Part shown: piece after piece, positions 44,525 through 54,400 of the stretch | How positions within the stretch are numbered: position 1 is the stretch's first letter | How the letters are laid out: every line of letters begins with the position of its first letter | From: Ignavibacteria bacterium | GTDB taxonomy: Bacteria > Bacteroidota > Ignavibacteria > UBA10030 > SZUA-254 | Length of the DNA stretch: 64,000 nt | Reading direction: 5' to 3' | NCBI GenBank assembly: GCA_031379665.1 | Contig: JANNFI010000080.1 | Location: forward strand, 31,376 to 95,375 | Program-made: the position numbers and the translations under genes | The notes under the pieces: generated by a model | Database searches by the model: none | What the model saw: only the letters and a program-made list of their open reading frames with translations | What the model was told of the DNA's origin: nothing

Positions 44525-45391
44525 TCAAAGTCCTGCTGAATGCTTTTCACGCCGCTCCCGGTACAGCTGCCCGATCTCGGCGCCGATGATGAAGACGATG
44601 GCGGTGTAGTAGATCCAGAACACGACGACGATCGCGGCAACGTACGCGCCATAGATCTTCTTGAAGGTCGCGACGTGGGCGATGTAGGCACCGAAAAGCT
44701 GTTGGGCGGCGAACCAGAGGATCGTCGTCGAGAGCGCCGCGACGAGGGCGGCCCCCTTTGGCGGCCGTGTGACCGGCACCAGACGGTGCACGAGGAAGAG
44801 GACGATGACGACCGCGACGATGGACCCCGCCTCCAGGAGCAACGGTTCGAGCCTCGCGATGATCACCCCGCCGAACAGACCGGACTCACCGGCGAGGTGC
44901 TCGAAAACCTGCACCACGGGCAGGAGCGTCGCCGCCACCAGGAACAGCACCATCACGACGAGGATCATCATCAGGTCGAACAACTTGCTTACGACGACCG
45001 ACCTGGCTTTTTTCACCGGGTAGACCGAGCCGAAAATCGACCGGATCGTGCTGAAGAGGGCGCTCGAGGCGAAGAGAAGCCCGACGAACCCCAACGTCCC
45101 GGCCAGGTTCTTGTAAAACAGGAACTCATCCGCCTGGGCGGCGACGATCTCCTTCACGAACCGCGCGTTCTCGGGATAGGGCACTACCACATCGATGAAG
45201 GTGTCGAGCTTGCGGAGGAAGTCCGACTCCTCGAGGATCAGGCCGCCCACCGAAAAACCGATCAACACGAACGGCACGATGCAGACCAGGATCGAAAACG
45301 AGAGCGCTTCGGCCATGAAGAGGATGTTGTGGTCGCCCGTGCGTTTCCACACTCCGTGGAGGTAGTATTTCATCGATTTCGATATTTCCAT
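44525..45391 (-). CDS. YihY/BrkB-family inner-membrane protein
   Basis: Multi-TM protein with the YihY-type N-terminus (GDHNILFMAEALSFSILVCIVP) and C-terminus (YGAYVAAIVVVFWIYYTAIVFIIGAEI). Start is uncertain: ATG 45389-45391, ATG 45371-45373, or the ORF-track GTG at 45496. Confidence 0.8.
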   Translation of the reverse strand: MEISKSMKYYLHGVWKRTGDHNILFMAEALSFSILVCIVPFVLIGFSVGGLILEESDFLRKLDTFIDVVVPYPENARFVKEIVAAQADEFLFYKNLAGTLGFVGLLFASSALFSTIRSIFGSVYPVKKARSVVVSKLFDLMMILVVMVLFLVAATLLPVVQVFEHLAGESGLFGGVIIARLEPLLLEAGSIVAVVIVLFLVHRLVPVTRPPKGAALVAALSTTILWFAAQQLFGAYIAHVATFKKIYGAYVAAIVVVFWIYYTAIVFIIGAEIGQLYRERREKHSAGL

Positions 45392-45641
45392 TCGAGCCAC
45401 AGGGTATGGAGAGGGGACGTATTCCACCGTGCGACCGAATATACGAATATTGGCGATTTCCGATTTATCAAGAATGTTCGATCGTTTGAACGGCACGATA
45501 AGACAGGGTAGCCGCCGGAAAATTAGGATACGGACGGCGGGGGTGTTACATTGTAGCCGGATCGTGTGAAAACAGGCCGATAATCACGCTCCAGGGAGCC
45601 ACAACTGCAACTCACCGTTCGTCAATATCAAAGGATACCGA

Positions 45642-45875
45642 TTGAAGATCATTGCACGCAATTTGTCAAGGGAAATCACGGAAAAAGACCTGCGCACCGA
45701 ATTCGCGGCTTTCGGTGAGGTCTCGTTCATCAACCTCGTTTGGGATCGTTTCGACAGGACGTCGGCGGGGTTCGGAATCATTGAGATGCCCGGCCTCTCC
45801 GAGGCGACGACCGCCATCGCGGCCCTCGACGGGAAGAAACTCAAAGGCCGCAGCCTGACCGTCAACGCGGCGTAA
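45642..45875 (+). CDS. RRM-type RNA-binding protein
   Basis: RNP-2-like KIIARNLS and RNP-1-like AGFGIIEM, then ALDGKKLKGRSLTVNAA. TTG start at 45642. Confidence 0.8.
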   Translation: MKIIARNLSREITEKDLRTEFAAFGEVSFINLVWDRFDRTSAGFGIIEMPGLSEATTAIAALDGKKLKGRSLTVNAA

Positions 45876-45893
45876 CGCGCCGCGGGAACGGCG

Positions 45894-46094
45894 TCAACCC
45901 GCCTTCAACGCGCGGGCGAATTCCAGGGCCTGGGGTTCGCTGTTAAACCAATCTCGCGAGATCAGCCTCTTCATCCAGAGAAATTTCTTCCGGCGTCGGA
46001 CGATCCACATCCCGGCATCGGACTCGCTGTGAACGATGTCGACGACTTCTCCCGCCTCCTCCCAAATCCGAACGGTCGTGTTGACCGGCGTCAT
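45894..46094 (-). CDS. hypothetical 66-aa protein
   Basis: ATG is preceded by GGGAGGCGAGGGAG. Coding-like GC3, basic/aromatic central segment (WIVRRRKKFLWMKRLISRDWF). It lies 53 nt downstream of the 62-aa ORF on the same strand. Confidence 0.5.
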   Translation of the reverse strand: MTPVNTTVRIWEEAGEVVDIVHSESDAGMWIVRRRKKFLWMKRLISRDWFNSEPQALEFARALKAG

Positions 46095-46147
46095 CTCCCT
46101 CGCCTCCCGAGCCTGTCGGCGTCTTTTTTTCGTTTCAATTTCAACGA

Positions 46148-46336
46148 TCAGGCCTCAGACACCGGTTTCTTTTTTTCTTTCCTGGTGGGTTCGGCTGGCT
46201 TGGCGGGATGCGCCGGTTTCACATCGTTTCCCAAAGGCCGCTGCCCGGGCTTGACCGTTTCTTCGCTCTCGTCCGGCGGGGAACTGCCCCTCGGATGTCT
46301 CTGCGGATAGCTGGTGTTCATAGAGTATCGCCCCAT
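46148..46336 (-). CDS. hypothetical 62-aa P/K/E-rich (probably disordered) protein
   Basis: ATG 46334-46336 lies about 20 nt downstream of a promoter-like TATCTTGT box. Low-complexity composition keeps confidence low. Confidence 0.4.
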   Translation of the reverse strand: MGRYSMNTSYPQRHPRGSSPPDESEETVKPGQRPLGNDVKPAHPAKPAEPTRKEKKKPVSEA

Positions 46337-46356
46337 TTATTGCGTTTCATACCGTT

Positions 46357-46425
46357 ACAAGATACGAAGGTCCGTTGAGCGACTCAATCGCCCATTGGGT
46401 TGAAAAGAGTACTACATCCAAGGGG
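46357..46425 (-). promoter_or_regulatory. conserved upstream element copy A plus promoter-like boxes
   Basis: Minus strand reads GGA-TGTAGT-ACTCTTTTCA-ACCCAATGGG-CGA-TTG-N20-TATCTTGT. TGTAGT starts at 46416 and TTG at 46387, an offset of 29 nt. Confidence 0.45.
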
Positions 46426-46550
46426 GGGCCGACCCGGAGACATCATTGAAAACGCCCCATCAGGATCCGGGCGGAAGGTTCGTCCGGGGGTTGCAAATTA
46501 TCGCACCATTCTCTAAATTTTAGACGGATAAGCCCGTTTCGAGCGTTCCG

Positions 46551-47243
46551 ATGAAGAAAATCAAGATTCTCGTCGTAGAAGATAACCGGTTGTTGCGTGA
46601 CGGGATCACCCACATGCTCAATCGTCAGAAGGACATGACCGTCGTCGGGTCGGCGGGAAACGGCGAAAACACTCTTCGGAGCGTCGCCGCATCGAAACCC
46701 GCCGTCGTGCTCCTCGACCTCGGCCTCTCCAACCTGAACAGCCTTCAGCTCGTCTCCACACTCAGGAAAAAGCACCCGGCGGTGAGGATCATCGTGATGG
46801 ACCTGATCCCGATGCAGGAGGACGTCGTCATCTACGTCCAGGCGGGGGTGTCGGGGTTCATCATGAAGGACGCGACGATCGACGATTTTCTCCACACCAT
46901 CCGGCTGGTCGCCCGGGGCACCAGAGTCCTCCCTCCGATCCTGACCGGATCGCTCTTCTCCCAGATCGTCGAGGCCGCCGTGGCCGGTTCCGGGCGTTCG
47001 CGGCTGAAGATCTCGGTCCGGATGACGAAGCGCGAGCGACAGGTGATAGAGCTCGTCGCCGACGGGATGACCAACAAGGAGATCGCGGACGCCCTCCACC
47101 TCTCCCCTTCCACCGTGAAGAGCCACATCCACAACATCCTCGAGAAGCTGGCCCTGCGGTCGCGGGTCCAGATCGCGAACTACGCTCGCGCATCCGGTGA
47201 ATTCAAGGAGGTGACCGACTCGATCTCACTGATCGACGAGTAA
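46551..47243 (+). CDS. NarL/LuxR-family response regulator (paralogue 1)
   Basis: Receiver (KILVVEDNRLLRDG, VVLLDLGL, IIVMD) plus LuxR HTH (LTKRERQVIELVADGMTNKEIADALHLSPSTVKSHIHNILEKL). Confidence 0.9.
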   Translation: MKKIKILVVEDNRLLRDGITHMLNRQKDMTVVGSAGNGENTLRSVAASKPAVVLLDLGLSNLNSLQLVSTLRKKHPAVRIIVMDLIPMQEDVVIYVQAGVSGFIMKDATIDDFLHTIRLVARGTRVLPPILTGSLFSQIVEAAVAGSGRSRLKISVRMTKRERQVIELVADGMTNKEIADALHLSPSTVKSHIHNILEKLALRSRVQIANYARASGEFKEVTDSISLIDE

Positions 47244-47295
47244 CCCCGCCCGACCAAACCGTACGACCACATCCTCCGACCATTTCCACCCCCTA

Positions 47296-47360
47296 CCCGG
47301 TGTAGTCCCTTTTTCATCCCATCGGGTGATTGTCTACACCTCGCGGAAACGGTATGTTAC
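47296..47360 (+). promoter_or_regulatory. conserved upstream element copy B plus promoter-like boxes
   Basis: GG-TGTAGT-CCCTTTTTCA-TCCCATCGGG-TGA-TTG-N20-TATGTTAC. TGTAGT is at 47301 and TTG at 47330, an offset of 29 nt. The ATG of the downstream regulator is at 47368. Confidence 0.45.
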
Positions 47361-47367
47361 ACCCGAG

Positions 47368-48063
47368 ATGAAAAAGAAAATAAGGCTCCTGGTCATCGAG
47401 GACAACCCCCTCCTGCGCGAGGGAATCACGAGGATGCTGAAATCCCACGGGGACTTCACGATTCTCGCGGGCCCGGCCAACGGTGAAAGCCCCGTGTTGA
47501 AGACCCACCGGCTCAAACCGAATGTCATCCTGCTCGACCTCGGCCTGCGAAGCCAGAATAGCCTCCACATCGTCGAAACGCTCAAAAAAGAGTTCCCGGC
47601 CGCCAGGATCATCGTGATGGATCTCGCTCCCGCACAGGGCGACATCCTGCAGTTCATCAAGGCCGGCGCCTCCGGATTCATACTCAAGGACGCAACGCTC
47701 GACGTTTTCCTCGAAACCATCAGGGCGGTCTCCACTGGGGCGAAAATCCTGCCCGCGCTCCTGAACGAATCGGTATTCTCACAAATCGTTGAATACGCGA
47801 TCAAAGGGAGGAAAACCGCCTTGAAAGTCGCGCTCAAGATGACCCGTCGGGAAAGGGACGTCATTGCCCTGGTCAGCGACGGGATGACGAACAAGCAGAT
47901 CGCCGAGCGGCTACACATCGCCACCCACACCGTCAAAAGCCACATCCACAACATCATGGAGAAACTCGCCCTGCACTCCCGGCTGGAAGTGGCGAACTTC
48001 GCCGGCTCGGAGTCGGCTATCTCCAGGAAGGTCGCGAAGACCATCTCGATCTTCAACCGTTGA
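47368..48063 (+). CDS. NarL/LuxR-family response regulator (paralogue 2)
   Basis: MKKKIRLLVIEDNPLLREG, VILLDLGL, and HTH MTRRERDVIALVSDGMTNKQIAERLHIATHTVKSHIHNIMEKL. Same architecture as 46551-47243. Confidence 0.9.
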   Translation: MKKKIRLLVIEDNPLLREGITRMLKSHGDFTILAGPANGESPVLKTHRLKPNVILLDLGLRSQNSLHIVETLKKEFPAARIIVMDLAPAQGDILQFIKAGASGFILKDATLDVFLETIRAVSTGAKILPALLNESVFSQIVEYAIKGRKTALKVALKMTRRERDVIALVSDGMTNKQIAERLHIATHTVKSHIHNIMEKLALHSRLEVANFAGSESAISRKVAKTISIFNR

Positions 48064-48073
48064 CGCCGCCCTC

Positions 48074-48143
48074 ACCCGAAAGGTGTAGTCCATTTTTCAA
48101 CCCGGCGGTCTATTCCCGGTCGCGGGAAATTTTCGTATCTTAA
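48074..48143 (+). promoter_or_regulatory. conserved upstream element copy C plus promoter-like boxes
   Basis: GG-TGTAGT-CCATTTTTCA-ACCCGGCGGT-CTA-TTC-N20-TATCTTAA. TGTAGT is at 48084 and TTC at 48113, an offset of 29 nt. Confidence 0.4.
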
Positions 48144-48226
48144 GGCACCCGGTACATCCAGTTCGGCGGGACCGGGCTCGGGGGGGCACAGCGCCCTTTC
48201 CTTTGTCGCATCCATAGAGGTCATCG

Positions 48227-48409
48227 TTGAAATCACCCATTGATCCCAAACTCCCCCCCGATCGTTGGGAATTCTACAAGGACAGGACAGATCAGTGGCA
48301 GTGGAGAAAATTCGAGGAGAAGAAGGTCGTCGCGGTCTCCGGCGACGGTTTCTTCTCGAAGCAGGCCTGCGTGAACAACGCGCGTGGCAGGGGATATCTG
48401 GGGTCTTGA
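48227..48409 (+). CDS. DUF1508 (YegP-like) small protein
   Basis: WEFYKDRTDQWQWRKFEEKKVVAVSGDGFFSKQACVNN matches the YegP/DUF1508 repeat pattern (F.(I/F)YKD..G.(W/Y)R(W/F)R......I..S.(G/E).Y.SK..C). TTG start. Confidence 0.65.
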   Translation: MKSPIDPKLPPDRWEFYKDRTDQWQWRKFEEKKVVAVSGDGFFSKQACVNNARGRGYLGS

Positions 48410-48495
48410 ATATCGGGGCTCTGAATATCCACTGAAGCGACCCCCTTCGCATCGTTCCAGCCCGTTTCACGCGTCCCGTGTTTCCGCCCACCGCT

Positions 48496-48525
48496 TTGCC
48501 CTCTCGCGGATTATTCGTATTTTCC
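48496..48525 (+). promoter_or_regulatory. candidate -33/-7 type promoter of prfC
   Basis: TTG (48496-48498), a 19-nt spacer, then TATTTTCC (48518-48525). It lies inside the longest ORF version, which argues for the shorter TTG start at 48550. Confidence 0.3.
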
Positions 48526-48549
48526 CTCCTATTTGACGCAGAATTCCCC

Positions 48550-50154
48550 TTGACCGAGAACCGAGAACTTTCACGACGCCGCACGTTCGGCATCATCAGC
48601 CATCCCGACGCCGGGAAAACGACCCTGACGGAAAAGCTCCTGCTCTTCGGCGGGGCGATCCACACCGCCGGTGCGGTGAAGAGCAACAAGATCAGGAAGA
48701 CGGCCACGTCCGATTTCATGGAGATCGAGAAACAGCGCGGAATTTCGGTGGCTACGTCGGTGATGGGCTTCGAGTACGACGGGTACAAGGTGAACATCCT
48801 CGACACGCCGGGCCACAAGGATTTCGCCGAGGACACATACCGCACCCTCACCGCGGTCGACAGCGTCATCCTCGTCATCGACTGCGTGAAGGGGGTCGAG
48901 GAACAGACGCGCAAACTGATGAACGTCTGCCGGATGCGGAACACGCCGGTGATGGTGTTCATCAACAAGATGGATCGTGAAGGCCGCGACCCGATGGCCC
49001 TCCTCGACGAGCTGGAGCGCGAGCTCGGGATCCACACCCGGCCCCTCACCTGGCCGATCGGCATCGGCTCGGGGTTTCAGGGCGTCTACAACCTGTTCGG
49101 GAAAAACCTGAAGCTTTTCTCTCCCAACAAGACCGGCATCTCCCAGGACGTCGTGGCGATCGACGACCTCGCCAGTCCGCTGCTCGACGAGCAGATCGGT
49201 CCGGCTGCGGCCGCCAAACTCCGGGAGGACGCCGCGCTGATCGAGGGGATGTACGAACCGTTCGACGAATCGCATTACCGTGATGGCTACCTGGCCCCGG
49301 TGTTCTTCGGCAGCGCCGTCAATAATTTCGGCGTGGAGGAACTGCTCGACACGTTCCTCCGGATCGCGCCCTCCCCCCGTCCCCGCGAGACCTCGACCCG
49401 GCTCGTTGACCCCGCCGAGCCGGCGTTCACCGGTTTCGTGTTCAAGATCCACGCGAACCTCGACCCCAACCACCGCAACCGCATTGCGTTCTGCCGCGTC
49501 TGCTCTGGAAAGTTCGAACGGGGAAAATACTACCTCCACACTCGCCTCGGGAAGGAACTCCGGTTCAACACCCCGACGAGCTTCATGGCCAACGAGCGGA
49601 GCGTCATCGACGAGGCGTGGCCCGGCGACGTCGTGGGCCTCTACGACACGGGTAATTTTAAGATAGGGGACACGCTCACCGAGGGGGAAGAGCTCCGGTA
49701 CAAGGGGATCCCGAGCTTTTCACCCGAGATCTTCAAGGAGGTGATCAACGGCGACCCTTTCAAGTCGAAGCAGCTGGCAAAAGGGCTCCACCAGCTCACC
49801 GACGAAGGCGTGGCGCAACTCTTCGAGCGGCAGCCCGGCAACATCAGGATCGTGGGGACAGTGGGAGAGCTGCAGTTCGACGTGATCCAGTTCCGGATCC
49901 TGCAGGAGTACGGGGCCAAATGCAGTTTCAGGCCGATGAGCGTCTATAAGGCGTTCTGGTTCACGTCGCCGGACGACGAGCAGATGGAAAAATTCCGGAG
50001 TCTCCAGCACTCACACGTGGCGATCGACAAGGACGGGCACCCGGTGTTCCTCGCCGAGGGGACGTGGGCGCTCGACACGGCCCGAAAGATGTTTCCTCAG
50101 ATCGAATTCCACTCCACGTCGGAATTCAAGACGGGCCCGGAATCCGGGACGTGA
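48550..50154 (+). CDS. prfC: peptide chain release factor 3
   Basis: [40 protein letters not shown] and [12 protein letters not shown], collinear with RF3 throughout. Start is uncertain: TTG 48550 gives 534 aa, the usual RF3 length; GTG 48478 is the longest version. Confidence 0.9.
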   Translation: MTENRELSRRRTFGIISHPDAGKTTLTEKLLLFGGAIHTAGAVKSNKIRKTATSDFMEIEKQRGISVATSVMGFEYDGYKVNILDTPGHKDFAEDTYRTLTAVDSVILVIDCVKGVEEQTRKLMNVCRMRNTPVMVFINKMDREGRDPMALLDELERELGIHTRPLTWPIGIGSGFQGVYNLFGKNLKLFSPNKTGISQDVVAIDDLASPLLDEQIGPAAAAKLREDAALIEGMYEPFDESHYRDGYLAPVFFGSAVNNFGVEELLDTFLRIAPSPRPRETSTRLVDPAEPAFTGFVFKIHANLDPNHRNRIAFCRVCSGKFERGKYYLHTRLGKELRFNTPTSFMANERSVIDEAWPGDVVGLYDTGNFKIGDTLTEGEELRYKGIPSFSPEIFKEVINGDPFKSKQLAKGLHQLTDEGVAQLFERQPGNIRIVGTVGELQFDVIQFRILQEYGAKCSFRPMSVYKAFWFTSPDDEQMEKFRSLQHSHVAIDKDGHPVFLAEGTWALDTARKMFPQIEFHSTSEFKTGPESGT

Positions 50155-50162
50155 GTTTGACG

Positions 50163-50606
50163 TCAGGTCGGAGAGTGTTTCGGCACTCCCCGGCGCGTCA
50201 GGCCTGCATCCCGGAGGCCTGACGAGGACCGGGTCGTGGCCGTCTTCGCGACGGCTCTCTGCAAATCCCCTGCGTCGATCGGCTTGAGCAGGAAATCGAC
50301 GGGAAGGTACTTGACGGCCTTCAGCGCACGGTGTGCGTGCGACGCGATGAAGATGACATCGAATCCGCGGTCCGGGTGGCCATCAAGGAGTTGGAATCCG
50401 GTCCGGACCGGCATCTCGATGTCGAGGATCACCAGGTCGGGGTGCCCGGCCTGAATCACCGCTTCCGCGTTCTCGGCCGAATCAGCCTCGCCCACGATTT
50501 CCACGTCGTGACACGATCGCTCCAGCTGCCGGCGCACCAGGCGCCGCTCGGCCGCTTCGTCGTCGACGATCACCGTGCGTATTTTCTTTCCGATGGATTC
50601 GGGCAT
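50163..50606 (-). CDS. stand-alone receiver-domain protein, paralogous to the receiver of the adjacent LytTR regulator
   Basis: IRTVIVDDEAAERRLV..., DLVILDIEMPVRTGF, VIFIASHAHRALKAVKYLPVDFLLKPI. No output domain; it ends in a short S/T/R-rich tail. Confidence 0.8.
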   Translation of the reverse strand: MPESIGKKIRTVIVDDEAAERRLVRRQLERSCHDVEIVGEADSAENAEAVIQAGHPDLVILDIEMPVRTGFQLLDGHPDRGFDVIFIASHAHRALKAVKYLPVDFLLKPIDAGDLQRAVAKTATTRSSSGLRDAGLTRRGVPKHSPT

Positions 50607-50741
50607 TGCTTCGGAACAATGTCCGGTTTTCAGGGGAGTTCCGAAAGAGGGGTGGAGGGAATTCCAAGCAGGCGGCGGTATTCCTGCGTCTCCGGTGGAG
50701 AATATTTAGCCTGCCCGGAGAGGGGGGGGACGGGACGGCTC

Positions 50742-51497
50742 TCAGGGAATGATCATCCTCGAGAGGAGATCCTGCTTGTGCCTCCGGGAGACATCGAGGG
50801 ACGTGCCGTCGGTGAGGATGACGGATCCGCCGTCCCCGCGGAGATACTGAACGACGTGGCTGAGGTTTACCAGGTGGGATTGGTGGATGCGCACGAAGCC
50901 GCTCTCCTTAAAGAGGTCTTCGAACTCCCCGAGCGTCTTCGCCGCCATCAGCCGGCGGCCGTTCTGAAGAACGATGTGCGTGTAATTGCTCTCGGCCTCG
51001 CACCGCACGATGTCAGGGATCTGTACGAATACGATGCCACCTTTCGTCGGAAGTCCAACCCTGGCGTGCGCGTTCCGGAGGTTCTGGAAGAGCACGTCCA
51101 TCTGCTCACCGCCGGACTTCTCCTTCCGCCGTTCGCCGGCCTTCCTGACAGCGGCGCGGAGTTCTTCGATGTCGACCGGCTTCAGCAGGTAGTCGAGTGC
51201 GCTGAACCGGATGGCCTTGACCGCGTAGTGGTCGTGGGCGGTCACGAAGATCACCTGGAAATCGGTCTGGTCGAGGTCCTTGAGGACGTCGAAGCCGGTC
51301 GACGGTGGCATTTCCACGTCGAGGAACACAAGGTCCGGTCGATGTTCCCTGATGGCGGCCTTCCCCGCCTCGACCCCGTCCGCCGTCCCGACCACGTCCA
51401 CGTCGGTACAGAATTGTTCCAGCATCCGGATCAGCACGTTCCTGCTCCGTTTTTCGTCGTCGATGACGACGGCCCTCAGCGTTCGGCGTTGCTCCAT
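50742..51497 (-). CDS. LytR/AlgR-family response regulator (REC + LytTR)
   Basis: LRAVVIDDEKRSRNVL, DLVFLDVEMPPSTGF, VIFVTAHDHYAVKAIRFSALDYLLKPV. LytTR part: IVFVQIPDIVRCEAESNYTHIVL...FVRIHQSHLVNLSHV...LTDGTSLDVSRRHK. Confidence 0.9.
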   Translation of the reverse strand: MEQRRTLRAVVIDDEKRSRNVLIRMLEQFCTDVDVVGTADGVEAGKAAIREHRPDLVFLDVEMPPSTGFDVLKDLDQTDFQVIFVTAHDHYAVKAIRFSALDYLLKPVDIEELRAAVRKAGERRKEKSGGEQMDVLFQNLRNAHARVGLPTKGGIVFVQIPDIVRCEAESNYTHIVLQNGRRLMAAKTLGEFEDLFKESGFVRIHQSHLVNLSHVVQYLRGDGGSVILTDGTSLDVSRRHKQDLLSRMIIP

Positions 51498-54400
51498 TCA
51501 CCCTCCGATCGGCAGTGATAATTCCACTCTGGTCCCCGCGGCCGCACCACGGTCGTCGGTCAGATCGATGATCGCAAGCTGCGCCTTCGCGGCGCGCATC
51601 GCGTTCAAGGCGCCGATCCTCTCCTGCGTCAGCCCGACCCCCTTCGACTCGTGGGCGTCCGGCATTCCCCGCTTCAGTTCGGCGGACCTTGATCTCCCGA
51701 TGCCGTTGTCCTCCACGGTGAGGAGGATCGTGTCCCCCGATTGCGACGCTGAGACCAGGAGCCGGCGCTCGCCCTCTTTCCTCGCGAGTCCGTGCCAGAT
51801 CGCGTTTTCGACGAACGGCTGAAGGAGCATCGGCGGGATCATATAATTACCGCCGAGCAATCCCTCAGCAACGTCAAATACGGGGTTGAATTCCCTGTCG
51901 AAGCGGAGGGATTCGATCTCCACGTAGAGCCTCAGAAGCTCGAGGTCCTGGTCGAGGGTGACGACGCTCCTGCCGGAATGGTCGAGAATCATCCGGAGCA
52001 ACCGGGCGAATTTCGATAGATAGGCGCAGGCCGCCTCGGTCTTGCCGTCGAGAATGGATTCCTGGACCGCGTTCAGGGCGTTGAAGATGAAATGCGGATT
52101 CATCCGCGCCCTGAGCGCGCGGGATTCGAGCTCGAGCATCTGGGCCCGAATGTCCTGTTTCTTCCGTTCATCGGCCTTGATGGCGGCCTCGCGGCGCCGG
52201 ACGAAAACGACGACTCCCGCGGCAAGGACAAGAGCGCCCGAGATCCGGAACCACCACGTCTCGTGGAGTTGGGGCGGCAGGCGGACGGCGAGAGACGCGC
52301 CGGTCTCATTCCAGATCCCCTCGCTGTTGCTCGCCTTGACCCTGAAGATGTAGTCGCCCGGCGGAATGTTCGTATAATAGACACGCCGCCTGGTGTCGGC
52401 GTCGATCCACTGGTCGTCGAAACCCTCCAGAATGTAACGGAACCTGATCTTCTCAGGCGCGAAGAAATTAATCCCGACGTAACGGATCTCCAGCCGCCGC
52501 ACGCCGGAGCCGAGCACCGCACCGGCCGAGATGTCGAGCGTGTCGTTGTCGGCCAGGGCCAGGTCGATCCGCACGAGGGGAGGCGTATCATTGGCCCTCA
52601 TCGCGCCCGGCTTCAGGCTCGCGAGCCCCTTCACCGTCGGGAAATGCAGTGTTTGGTCGATCCCCTTCCAGCCGGCCGGCTGGGTGGCGCCGTTGCACTC
52701 GGCCGACCTCATTCCGTCGCTGACGCCGTAGGATTGGGAGACCACCCGGTCGATTTTTACGTCGGCGAAATCGTCCAGATCCCGTTTCCTCACGCGGAAG
52801 ATCCCCTTGTTGCTCGTCATCCAGAAATATCCCAGGCCGTCGTCGAGAATCGTGTAGACCACATCGTCAAAGAGCCCGTCTTTCTTCCGTATAGAACGAA
52901 ACTCCCCGTTACGGTATCGATAGAGACCCCGGCTGTATGTGCCGATCCAGAGCGTTCCGTCATCCCCCGGATGCAGCGTGAACACGATGTTGGGCGCCAG
53001 TCCACCGTCTGCCGTAAACGTCTCCCAGGCCCCTCCCGAGTACCGGGAGAGCCCCCCCTGCGATCCGATCCAGAGCGTACCGTCGGCTTCCTCGACGATC
53101 GCGCGGATATTTTCCGACGGAAGGATGCGACGGTCCGGATCGACGCTCCGGAACACCCCATTTTCCATTCGCAACACCCCCCCACCGTAACTGCCGACCC
53201 AGAGGACACCGTTCCTGTCCACCTTCAGGGCGCGGACGCTGAAATCCGGAAGGCCGTCCGCCGCCCCAAACCGCACGACACTCCTCCGTCCGCCCGGGTT
53301 CCCCTTTTTCAAACAGGCGAGCGAGGTGCCCGTTCCGACCCAGATGTTACCCTGCCGATCCTCTTCGAGCGCCCGGATGAAGTTGCCGGGCATTCCATCG
53401 ATCGCGGCGTATGACCGGACGACGACACCGTTGCGCATCTCGTTCACTCCGCCGTCCCGGGTTCCGATCCAGAGCGTGCTATCCGCGCCTTCCAGAACCG
53501 TCGTCACAAATTCGTCAGAAAGCCCGTCTTCCTTCGTCGTGATGGAAATGCTATTGTCCCTGAGGCGCATCAGTCCGCCGCCGCGCGTGCCGATCCAGAG
53601 GTTGCCTTCGGTGTCCTCGCAGAATGAGAGTATCCGGTCGCTCGACAACCCGTCCGGGAGCGAGAGCCGGCTCGACCTTCCCCGCGAGTACCGGTAGAGC
53701 CCGTCGCCTTCGGTGCCGATCCAGAGGTTGCCGTCGCTGTCGTCGAAGATCGCCGGGACGGCGACACTCGTCCCCGAGGGGATGGTCTCGAAACGCCGTA
53801 ATGCGCTGCCCTCGAGGACATAGACCCCCGACGAAGCGCCGATCCATATTTTGCCACTGCTATCGCGCCGGAGCGACCGCAGGACGAACGAGGCGTTTCC
53901 CTTCACCAGCACCGTGTCGACTCCGTCGCGCTGAGCCAGGAGCATCGTGGCGGATGACGCGTAGAGGTTCCGGCCCTCCCTGACGATCGTGTGGATGCCC
54001 ATACCGGCGGCGGCCGGGAATCCCGGGAACGTTCGGAAGATACCGTCGCGCATTGTGCAGACATTCCCCTGGTCGAGTCCGATCCATAGCGTCCCTTCGT
54101 CGTCTATGTAGAGACAGTTGACCGAATCGCCGGGGAGGCCGTCGTCGCCCGAATAGCGGGTGAACGTCCCGTCCCGGTACCTGAGCATTCCGCCCCCCCT
54201 CGTCCCCATCCAGAGAGAACCCGAGTCGTCCTGCACGACGCTCGTGATGTTATCGGAGGCCATCCCGGGAGTATTCGACCTGTCGAACCTGATGAATTGC
54301 GTTCCGTCGAAACGGACGAGGCCCTCGTCGGTGCCGAGCCAGAGGAAACCATCGCGCGATTGGATGATCGAGTGGATGGCGAAGACGTCGAGTCCGCGTT

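Noticed and set aside
45541-45590. Possible fourth copy of the TGTAGT element upstream of the RRM gene (GGTGTTACATTGTAGCCGG...GTGTGAAAACAGG)
   Set aside because: Only TGTAG is shared. The T-rich block is inverted (TGAAAAC), and no TTG/TAnnTT pair lies at the 29-nt offset.
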